DNA of 64,000 nucleotides from the NCBI GenBank assembly GCA_963771355.1, contig CAVYTA010000005.1:544001-608000 (forward strand), in the 5' to 3' direction. The position numbers and the translations under genes are program-made. This stretch comes from an uncultured Candidatus Rokubacteria bacterium. GTDB taxonomy: Bacteria; Methylomirabilota; Methylomirabilia; Rokubacteriales; CSP1-6. The notes under the pieces are model-generated. The model was given only the letters and a program-made list of their open reading frames with translations. It had not been told where the DNA came from and did no database searches. Of the stretch, positions 10,238-18,320 are shown piece after piece (position 1 is the first letter of the stretch; each line of letters begins with the position of its first letter).

Positions 10238-11499
10238 CCCACGACACCGACGTCCTGGTGGTCGGCGGCGGTCCCGGCGGCTCCACCACCGCCACTTTTC
10301 TCGCCCGCGGCGGGCTCGACGTCACCGTGGTGGAGCGCGAGGTCTTCCCGCGCTTCAAGGTTGGCGAGTCGCTGGTGCCCAACTGCATGCCCATCCTCGA
10401 GCGCCTCGGCGTGCTGGACAAGGTCAAGGCCCACGGCTTCCTCGACAAGTTCGGCGTGACCTTCCATGACCAGGAGCTCGAGCGCGAGGCCACCTTCACC
10501 TTCCGCGAAGGACGGCCCTGGCCGCACTTCACCTTCGACGTGCACCGTGCGGAGTTCGACCAGGTCCTCCTCGACCACGCGGTGACGGAGGGCGCCCGCG
10601 TGCTCCAGCCCGCCACGGTGGAGAAGGTCGCCTTCGATGCCGAGGGCGTGACCGTGCGGCTCAGCGACGGTGACGGCGAGCGCAGCCTGCGCGCCCGGTT
10701 CCTCGTGGACGCGACCGGGCGCGACGCCTTCCTCGCCTCGCGCCAGGGCCGCCGGGAGCCCATGCCCGGCCTCGGCAAGGTCGCCATCTTCGCCTACTTC
10801 CAGGGCGCCAAGCGCTGGCCTGGTCGGGAAGAGGGCAATGTCCGGATCTACATCTATCCGGAGGGCTGGTTCTGGTACATCCCGCTCGCCCGTGACGAGA
10901 CCAGCGTCGGCTGCGTGCTCCACGCGCGCACCGTCCGGGAACGGGACGGTTCGCCGGAGGATCTCTTCCGCGGAATGGTGGAGCGGTGCGACCGCGTGCG
11001 CGAGAACCTCGAGGGCGCGCGGCAGGTGACGCCGATGTACACCGCGGCCAACTTTTCCTATGCGGTAGAGCCCATCGTCGGCGACCGCTTCCTCTGCGTG
11101 GGCGACGCGGTGGCCTTCGTGGATCCCATCTTCTCGGCGGGCGTCTTCCTCGCCCTGGCCTCCGGCGAGATGGCCGCAGAGGAGATCCTGGGAGCGTTCC
11201 GCGCCAACCGTTTCGCGGCGTCGCGCTTCACGGGTTATGCCCGGCGACTCAAGCGCGGGATGCGGCCCTTCACACGGTTCATCACCCAGTTCTACGACCG
11301 CCAGTTCCTCGAGATCTTCATGAACCCGCGAGACACCTTCGGGCTCGTGGACACGGTGACCTTCGTCCTCGCCGGCGGGGCCTTCCGCCGCATTCCGCTG
11401 AAGAAGCGCCTCTCCCTCGAGCTCTTCTTCGCCATCGTGCGCATCACTCGCCGCATCCGGCGGCGTCAGGGCCGCGCCGAATCCCGACTGGAGTACTAG
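10234..11499 (+). CDS. Flavin-dependent halogenase-like protein 2
   Basis: GGGPGG, GFLDKFG, WFWYIP and FVDPIFSAG; clear paralog of 7909..9183. Confidence 0.85.
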   Translation: MTHDTDVLVVGGGPGGSTTATFLARGGLDVTVVEREVFPRFKVGESLVPNCMPILERLGVLDKVKAHGFLDKFGVTFHDQELEREATFTFREGRPWPHFTFDVHRAEFDQVLLDHAVTEGARVLQPATVEKVAFDAEGVTVRLSDGDGERSLRARFLVDATGRDAFLASRQGRREPMPGLGKVAIFAYFQGAKRWPGREEGNVRIYIYPEGWFWYIPLARDETSVGCVLHARTVRERDGSPEDLFRGMVERCDRVRENLEGARQVTPMYTAANFSYAVEPIVGDRFLCVGDAVAFVDPIFSAGVFLALASGEMAAEEILGAFRANRFAASRFTGYARRLKRGMRPFTRFITQFYDRQFLEIFMNPRDTFGLVDTVTFVLAGGAFRRIPLKKRLSLELFFAIVRITRRIRRRQGRAESRLEY

Positions 11500-11501
11500 C
11501 C

Positions 11502-12680
11502 CTGCGGCGCATCTTTCCGAAGGGCTATGGCTTCACCGTGCTCGGCATCGCGGTGGGCATGGCGGGGCTGGTAGCGCTGGGCGCCATGGGCGAGCGGATC
11601 AGCCGCTTCATCGAGGGCGGCGACCGCTTCGTGCTCGGCCAGATCTCGGTGGCCGGTGAGGGGATGGGCATGGGCGCGGGCTTCACCGCGGGCGGCCTGC
11701 TCCCCGCCGCCCGTATCGCCGAGATCGCCCGCGTGCCGGGCGTCGCTGTCGTGCAGCCGCAGGTCATGCTGCCGATCAGCACGAGCACCTCGCACTTCCT
11801 CACCCTGACCCAGGAGCTCGTCATGGGCGTGGATCCCGCCGCGCCTCCGGCCAATCGCCACTACGCCGCCTTGGCGGTCCGCTCCGGCCGCGGGCTCGCG
11901 GCCGGTGATCGAAAAGTGGCCGTGGTCGGGAGCGACTTCGCCGCCTCACGCAAGCTGGCGGTGGGCGCCGCCCTGCCCATCGGCGGGCTCGAATTCACCG
12001 TGATCGGGATCCTCGACAAGACCCTCACCGCGCCCGACCGCTTCGCGATGCTGTCCCTCGAGGATGCCCGGGACCTCTGGCTCCGCCGCGACCCGTTGCT
12101 CTTCCGGGTCTTCGGCTCGGGCGGACTGGCGCGCACGGATCTCAACTCGGGCGCGGCGGTGGGCTGGCAGGAGGGCGTGGACCCGGACGAGCTGGCCCGG
12201 CGGATCCAGGCCTCCGTGAAGGGCGTCAACGTCACGATCCCGGGGGAGCTCTCGCGCCTCCTGCGCACCTCCACCGCGTTCTTTTCTGCGCTCCTCATCG
12301 GCATCGGCGCCCTGGGTCTCGTCATCGGCGGGCTCTCGCTCGCCAACACGGTGACCGCCGCCGTCTTCGAGCGCATCCGCGACTTCGGCGTCAAGCGCGC
12401 GCTGGGCGCCACCGACGCCCAGCTGCTTCGCGAGGTCCTCGGCGAGGCCCTCGGGGTGAGCCTGTGGGGGGTGGGCCTGGGCGTGCTCCTCGCGCTGGCC
12501 ATCGGCGCCGTGGTGGACTGGCGCACGCTTCGCGAGGGCCAGCAGCTCTTCCACTTCTCGCCGCGGCTGCTGACCTTCGCCTTCGTCTTCGCGGTGCTGC
12601 TGGGTGGTCTGGCCGCCGCCTACGCGACGCTCCGCATCGCCCGCCTCTCGCCCGCCGAGGCCATTCGCCGGGGGGCGTGA
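11502..12680 (+). CDS. ABC transporter permease (MacB/FtsX family), probable CTG start
   Basis: N-terminal TM FTVLGIAVG, periplasmic domain, ERIRDFGVKRALGA and C-terminal SPAEAIR; GGAG lies 8 nt before the CTG. Confidence 0.85.
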   Translation: MRRIFPKGYGFTVLGIAVGMAGLVALGAMGERISRFIEGGDRFVLGQISVAGEGMGMGAGFTAGGLLPAARIAEIARVPGVAVVQPQVMLPISTSTSHFLTLTQELVMGVDPAAPPANRHYAALAVRSGRGLAAGDRKVAVVGSDFAASRKLAVGAALPIGGLEFTVIGILDKTLTAPDRFAMLSLEDARDLWLRRDPLLFRVFGSGGLARTDLNSGAAVGWQEGVDPDELARRIQASVKGVNVTIPGELSRLLRTSTAFFSALLIGIGALGLVIGGLSLANTVTAAVFERIRDFGVKRALGATDAQLLREVLGEALGVSLWGVGLGVLLALAIGAVVDWRTLREGQQLFHFSPRLLTFAFVFAVLLGGLAAAYATLRIARLSPAEAIRRGA

Positions 12681-12731
12681 GCCGGGCGCATCCGCCGGGC
12701 ACATCCCCCAGGTCTCCCCCAGGCACTTTCA

Positions 12732-13409
12732 ATGATCATCCGGGCGACAGGCCTCACCAAGATCTATCGAGGAATCGACGGCGCCGCGCCCGTGCGCGTG
12801 CTGGACGGCGTGGACCTCGAAGCCCGGTCGGGTCAGGTGGTGGCGGTGATCGGGGAGTCGGGCTCGGGCAAATCCACGCTCCTGAATCTCCTCGGGCTGC
12901 TCGAGCCCGCCGACGCTGGCGAGATCTGGTTCGACGACGCGCGCGTCAGCCATCTGGGCCGCCGCGCTCAGTGTCGTGTGCGCGGGACGCGGATCGGCTA
13001 TGTCTTCCAGGCCTTCCTCCTCATCGCCAGCCTGACCGCGCTGGACAACGTGCTCCTGGCCGCGCGCTATGTCGGGCGGGATCGCGGCGAGGCCGAGCGG
13101 GAGGCGCTGGCCCTCATGGAGCGGATGGGCGTCGTCCACCGGCGCGGCCACTACCCCGCGCAGCTCTCGGGTGGCGAGCAGCAGCGGGTGGCCTTTTGCC
13201 GCGCGGTGCTCAACGCGCCGCCGCTCCTGCTTGCCGATGAGCCCACCGGCAACCTGGACGACGCGCACGCGCGCGTGATCCTGGCCGAGCTGCGGACCCA
13301 GGCGCGGGAGCGGGGCGCGGCGGTGATCCTCGTGACTCACCGCGCGGATGCGGCCGCGGAGGCGGATGCGTCCTTCCGGCTTTCCGCGGGACGCCTGGTC
13401 GATCGGTAA
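12732..13409 (+). CDS. ABC transporter ATP-binding protein (LolD/MacB-like)
   Basis: GESGSGKST Walker A, LSGGEQQR signature, ADEPTGNLD Walker B. Confidence 0.95.
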   Translation: MIIRATGLTKIYRGIDGAAPVRVLDGVDLEARSGQVVAVIGESGSGKSTLLNLLGLLEPADAGEIWFDDARVSHLGRRAQCRVRGTRIGYVFQAFLLIASLTALDNVLLAARYVGRDRGEAEREALALMERMGVVHRRGHYPAQLSGGEQQRVAFCRAVLNAPPLLLADEPTGNLDDAHARVILAELRTQARERGAAVILVTHRADAAAEADASFRLSAGRLVDR

Positions 13410-13449
13410 TGGTCCTCGACGCCATCGGCCGGTCGCGTTAGCGCGCCGC

Positions 13450-15222
13450 GTGGAGCCGTCCCACTTTCCCCCCGCGGCGCGTGTGGCCCTCGTCGCCGCC
13501 GCGCTGGCGCTGGTCCTGCTCCTGCCCGGCCTCGGCGTCGCGCCCTTCGACGATCCCGGCGAGGGCCAGCACGCCGAGATCGCCCGCGAGGCGTGGCGGT
13601 CGGGGGACTGGCTCACGCTGCGGCTCAACGGCGTCCGGTACTTCGACAAGCCGCCGCTGCTCTATCTGCTCCAGGCGGGGGCCTTCTCGACCTGGGGTCT
13701 CTCCGAGTGGACGGCTCGACTGGCTCCGGTGACGGGCGCGGTGCTGGCCATCGCCGCCACCGCCTGGCTCGGCGCGCGCCTGCTCGGTCCCGCCGGAGGG
13801 CTGCTCGCCGGCGCCGCCCTCCTGTCCTGCCCCTTCTTCTACGCCTTCGCGCGCTACGTGCGTCCCGAGACCTTGTTCCTGGCGTGCATACAGTGGGGCT
13901 TCGCGGGGATCGCGGCGGGGGTGATCGGCGGCTCACGCGCCGGGGCCGTGCTGGGCTGCGCGGCGCTGGGGATGGCCGTGCTGGCCAAGGACCCGCTCGG
14001 ACTCGCGGGGCCGCTGGCCGCTCTCGCAGTGGCGCTCGCGCTGGCGGGACGGCTGCGCCCCGTGCGGGCGTGGCTGCCGCCGCTGGGCCTGGCGGGTTTC
14101 GTCGTCATCGGCGCCGGATGGCCCGCACTCGCCGCCTGGGCCAATCCCGGCTTTCTCTGGTACACCGTCGTGGACAATCACCTGCGCAACGCGGTGCTGG
14201 CCCGACTGTTCCCCGACGAGGACGTGCCGCTCGCGGCGGGCGAGTTCCTCGCCGTGGCCGGGATGGGCGCCTTTCCCTGGATCGTGCCCGCCGCGCTCAT
14301 GGTGTGGACGCTGGCGCGGCGCCGGGCCTGGCGCGACCCGCGCGAGATCCCATGGCTCGCGCTCGCGCTGTGGGCGGTCGGGCTCCTCGCGCTGTTCGCG
14401 GTGGTGCCGTTCCGGCTGCCGCACTACGGGCTGCCCGGGTACGGCGCATTCGCCCTGCTCGCCGCGCGCTGGTGGTATGAGCGCCGCGACGGGGCGCGGG
14501 GCGCCGCCCTGCTCCATGCCGCGCTGCTGGGGCTGGCGGCGGCGGCGTGCGCGCTCGCCGCGGCCAGTGACGGCCGCCTCTTCGGCGAGAGCGTGCTGGA
14601 CGTCTCCGATCCCACCGCGCGCAAGGCGACCACGCTCGCCTCCGAGGTGACGGCCATGGCGCTCTGGCCGGCTTTCGCGGCCCTGCTCGCGAAGGCGGCG
14701 CTGGTGCTCGGTGTGGGCGCCGCGGCGCTGGCCACGTTGGTCGGCCTGCGTCGGGCCGCCGTGCCCGCCGCCGCGGCGGCGGCCATCGTCGCCGCGACCA
14801 TGCTGGCCACATTGCCGTTGGTGGGCGAGGGCCTACGCACCCTTGCCGCCTCGCGCGCGGTGGACCGGCTCGGCGCCGAGCTGGCCGCCCGCGCGCGGCC
14901 GGCCGATCTCATCGTGCACGAGGGCCCCATCGAGGCCTCCGGCGCGCTCGAGCTCTATTCCGGGCGCCGGCCGGTGCTGCTCGACGGGACGCGCAGCGTG
15001 CTGGCCTTCGGCGCCACCTTCGCCGACGCGCGGGACACGTTCTGGTCGGCGGAGCGGTTCAAGGAGGCCTGGCTGTCGGGTCGCACGATGTACCTCGTCA
15101 CGCCGCGCGCGCCCGAGCGGAGCGTGATCGCCGGGCTGCCGCCCGACCGCGTGCGGCTCCTGCTCAGCCACAATGGCCGGCGGCTCTACGAGAGCGCCGG
15201 CGCCGCTCAGCCCTCGCGGTAG
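13450..15222 (+). CDS. ArnT/GT39-like (GT-C) membrane glycosyltransferase
   Basis: DDPGEGQHAEIARE and YFDKPPL motifs; many TM helices. Confidence 0.85.
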   Translation: MEPSHFPPAARVALVAAALALVLLLPGLGVAPFDDPGEGQHAEIAREAWRSGDWLTLRLNGVRYFDKPPLLYLLQAGAFSTWGLSEWTARLAPVTGAVLAIAATAWLGARLLGPAGGLLAGAALLSCPFFYAFARYVRPETLFLACIQWGFAGIAAGVIGGSRAGAVLGCAALGMAVLAKDPLGLAGPLAALAVALALAGRLRPVRAWLPPLGLAGFVVIGAGWPALAAWANPGFLWYTVVDNHLRNAVLARLFPDEDVPLAAGEFLAVAGMGAFPWIVPAALMVWTLARRRAWRDPREIPWLALALWAVGLLALFAVVPFRLPHYGLPGYGAFALLAARWWYERRDGARGAALLHAALLGLAAAACALAAASDGRLFGESVLDVSDPTARKATTLASEVTAMALWPAFAALLAKAALVLGVGAAALATLVGLRRAAVPAAAAAAIVAATMLATLPLVGEGLRTLAASRAVDRLGAELAARARPADLIVHEGPIEASGALELYSGRRPVLLDGTRSVLAFGATFADARDTFWSAERFKEAWLSGRTMYLVTPRAPERSVIAGLPPDRVRLLLSHNGRRLYESAGAAQPSR

Positions 15223-16826
15223 AGCACCAGCAGGAGGCCGATGGCGACGAGGGCCGGCGGCCAGATCCGTCCCGGGATGCGGCCCTCGCGCGCGGGCAGC
15301 CGGAGCTCGAGCCAGCGCGCCCAGCCGGCGACTACGGCGAGGGCGCCCAGCGGCAGGTGCGTGATCTCCATGAGATACGCTTCCTTCACGTGCACCAGGG
15401 GATGCGCGTGCGCGAGGAGGAGCCCGCCGCCCACGGCGACGAGCAGCGGAAACACGCGAGCCCAGGGCTCGGCGGCCAGCCGGCCCGTACGCACCAGCCA
15501 CTCGAACAATCCCAGCGCACTGGGCAGCAGCGCGAACACGCGATGCTGCAGCACCTCGGGGTCCGTGAGGCCGTCGATCAGCGTCTCGGTCTCGCTGAGC
15601 GGCCAGCTTCCGGGATCGCTGCGGAAGAGGAGGAAGACCGACAGCGGCAGGAAAGCCAGGGGCCAGTGGCGGGCCCAGCCGATGCCGGCCAGCCGGTCCA
15701 GCACGGCGAGAAGGCCCAGGCCCAGCACGAGGAGCCCGGCCACGTTGTGGTTGTACTCGGACCACGCGATGTCCGCCGTCGTGCGCGCGGCGAGCGGATC
15801 GTCGAGGTCGGAGACGGCCTCGAGCTGGGCGAGGCTGGGCGTGGTCAGGTGCGGCCAGCGCGGGGTGAAGCGAGCGAGCACCTCCGCCGGCGTGGCGCGG
15901 TCGGCCACCACGTCCACCGCGGGCGGGGCCGAGCCGAGCGAGGCGGCCACGAAGAGGAGCGTCACGCCGAGTCCCGCCTCCACCTCGACGAGGCGGCGCA
16001 GCCGCGCCGGGAGGACGGCGCGGCCGGGTGGGCGCCGGCGCACCGCGGCCCAGTTGAGCGCGCCCAGCCCGAGGAGCCCCGCGAAGAGCACGAGCTTGGT
16101 GGCGAGCATCCCGCCGTAGGACGTGCCCACCAGGGCGTCGAGCGCGCCCACATAGACCAGCGCGAGCGCGGCCCCGGTGACGGCGAGCGTGGCGACCGAG
16201 CCGAGCGCGAGCCGGGAGAAGGCGGCCAGCGCGCCCGCGGGCCAGTGCTGCGCGCCGCGCGTGACCATGAGCGCCACGAGATGGAGCAGGCCGCCCACCC
16301 ACACCGCGGTGGCCATGTGATGGAGCGCGTCGAGGCCGAGGAGGGCCGCCCGGCCGTCCAGCCTCGCGGCGGCATGACTGGTGCCCGCCGCGCTGGCGGT
16401 GAAGGCCAGCGCCGCGCCCAGCAGCGCGAGCCGGCGCCCCCGCGCGGCGGGTGCGCGGGCCACCGCCGCGACCGCGGCGAGAGTGCCCAGCCCGCAGACG
16501 AGGCGCAGCAAGCTCGCGTGGACCAGCGGGGTGGCGAGCACGGTACCCGGTGACCATCCGGGCGCGTCGGCGACCGATGCCAGAACGAGGACGAGGCTGC
16601 CGGCCTGGGCGGCCGTGGCGAGGGCGGCGCCCCAGGCGGTGAGCGCCAGCGAGCGGCGGGCGGCGCCGGCGAGCGCGGGCTCCGCGCGGAGCCAGGGGAG
16701 GAGGACGACGAGGCCGACGGCGGCGCCCCCGAGGGCCAGAGCCTGGCCGCTGAGCCCGAGCGCGCGGAGGAAGACGAAGGCCAGGGCGATCACGCGCTCC
16801 GAGTATCCCACGCGGGGGTCGGTCAC
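15207..16826 (-). CDS. CopD-family membrane protein with extended His-rich C-terminal membrane domain
   Basis: SHAAA, LHHMATAVWVGGL, TSYGGML..K and EVEAG motifs; C-terminal WSEYNH, QH and HAH. Confidence 0.8.
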   Translation of the reverse strand: MTDPRVGYSERVIALAFVFLRALGLSGQALALGGAAVGLVVLLPWLRAEPALAGAARRSLALTAWGAALATAAQAGSLVLVLASVADAPGWSPGTVLATPLVHASLLRLVCGLGTLAAVAAVARAPAARGRRLALLGAALAFTASAAGTSHAAARLDGRAALLGLDALHHMATAVWVGGLLHLVALMVTRGAQHWPAGALAAFSRLALGSVATLAVTGAALALVYVGALDALVGTSYGGMLATKLVLFAGLLGLGALNWAAVRRRPPGRAVLPARLRRLVEVEAGLGVTLLFVAASLGSAPPAVDVVADRATPAEVLARFTPRWPHLTTPSLAQLEAVSDLDDPLAARTTADIAWSEYNHNVAGLLVLGLGLLAVLDRLAGIGWARHWPLAFLPLSVFLLFRSDPGSWPLSETETLIDGLTDPEVLQHRVFALLPSALGLFEWLVRTGRLAAEPWARVFPLLVAVGGGLLLAHAHPLVHVKEAYLMEITHLPLGALAVVAGWARWLELRLPAREGRIPGRIWPPALVAIGLLLVLYREG

Positions 16827-16861
16827 GCGCGCGGGCTCCGTGTATAGTACGAACTGTCCCT

Positions 16862-18307
16862 ATGGCGCCCGACTATCTCCGCACGCTGTTCCTTCATCCG
16901 CCCTCCACCGATGGTTTCGACGGCGGCGCGGGCTCGCGGTATCAGGCCCGGCGCGAGATCCGCTCCTTCTGGTATCCGACCTGGCTGGCTCAGCCCGCCG
17001 CGCTGGTGCCGGGCTCGCGGCTGGTGGACGCCCCGCCCGACGGCCTCACCCTCGACGACGTGCGGCCGCTCGCGCGGCAGTACGACCTGTGCGTGATCCA
17101 CACCAGCACGCCCTCCTTTGCCGGCGACGTGCGGGTGGCGGAGGCCCTCAAGGCGGAAAATCTCCAGCTCATGATCGGCATGGTGGGCGCCGCGGTGGCG
17201 GTGGCGCCGGAGGCCTCCCTGCGGGCGAGCGCAGCGCTCGACTTCGTGGCACGCAGCGAGTTCGACTTCACCGTGCAGGAGGTGGCGCAGGGCCGGCCCC
17301 TGGCGGGGATCGCGGGGCTCTCGTATCGCCGCGGGGACCGCATCGCGCACAACCCGGAGCGGACCATCCTCGAGGACATGGACCGCCTGCCCTTCGTGAC
17401 ACCGGTGTACCGGCGCGATCTCACCGTCGAGAACTACGCCATCGGGTACCTGCGCCACCCCTACGTCTCGCTGTACACCGGGCGCGGGTGCCGTTCGAAG
17501 TGCACGTTCTGCCTCTGGCCCCAGACGGTGGGCGGGCAGCGCTATCGCACTCGCAGCGTGGACCACGTGGCGGAGGAGATGGCGCTGGCCCAGCGGCTCT
17601 TTCCCGAGGTGAAGGAGTTCTTCTTCGACGACGACACCTTCACCGACGACCTGCCGCGCGCGGAGGCCATCGCCCGGCGGCTGGGCCCCCTCGGCATCAC
17701 CTGGTCGGTGAACGCCAAGGCCAACGTGCCCGCCGCCACGCTCGCGGTGCTGCGGGACAACGGGCTGCGGCTCCTCCTGGTGGGCTACGAGTCCGGGGAC
17801 CAGCGCATCCTCAACAACGTGAAGAAGGGGGTGCGGCTCGACGCCGCCCGCCGCTTCACCCGGGAGGCCAAGGACCTCGGCATCACCATCCACGGCACCT
17901 TCATCCTGGGCCTGCCCGGTGAGACGCGCGAGACCATCGCGGAGACCATCCGCTTCGCGCGGGAGATCAACCCGCATACCATCCAGGTGTCGCTGGCCGC
18001 GCCCTACCCGGGCACCGCGCTGTACGCGGAGGCGCAGCGCAATGGCTGGCTCGAGTCCGAGAGCCTGGTGGATGGAGACGGCGTCCAGGCGAGCGCCATC
18101 GGGTACCCGCATCTGCCGCGCACCGAGATCTTCCAGTCGGTGGACCTCTTCTACCGCCGCTTCTACTTCCGCCCGCGCAAGATGATCTCGCTGGCGGCCG
18201 AGATGGTGCGTGACCGCCAGGTCATGCGCCGCCGCCTCCGCGAGGGCCGCGATTTCCTGCGCTTCCTCCGGAAGCACCGCACCCCCCGTGTGCGGGTGAC
18301 CGCTTGA
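16862..18307 (+). CDS. hpnJ: Hopanoid biosynthesis-associated radical SAM protein HpnJ
   Basis: Characteristic N-terminus GFDGGAGSRYQARREIRSFWYPTWLAQPAA; CRSKCTFC radical SAM motif. Confidence 0.9.
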   Translation: MAPDYLRTLFLHPPSTDGFDGGAGSRYQARREIRSFWYPTWLAQPAALVPGSRLVDAPPDGLTLDDVRPLARQYDLCVIHTSTPSFAGDVRVAEALKAENLQLMIGMVGAAVAVAPEASLRASAALDFVARSEFDFTVQEVAQGRPLAGIAGLSYRRGDRIAHNPERTILEDMDRLPFVTPVYRRDLTVENYAIGYLRHPYVSLYTGRGCRSKCTFCLWPQTVGGQRYRTRSVDHVAEEMALAQRLFPEVKEFFFDDDTFTDDLPRAEAIARRLGPLGITWSVNAKANVPAATLAVLRDNGLRLLLVGYESGDQRILNNVKKGVRLDAARRFTREAKDLGITIHGTFILGLPGETRETIAETIRFAREINPHTIQVSLAAPYPGTALYAEAQRNGWLESESLVDGDGVQASAIGYPHLPRTEIFQSVDLFYRRFYFRPRKMISLAAEMVRDRQVMRRRLREGRDFLRFLRKHRTPRVRVTA

Positions 18308-18320
18308 CGGAGCCGGCGGC

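Noticed and set aside
12681..12726. Short tandem repeats (gccgggcgcatcc/gccgggcacatcc; ccccagg x2) between permease and ATPase
   Set aside because: Only two imperfect copies each; no CRISPR-like spacing or evident function
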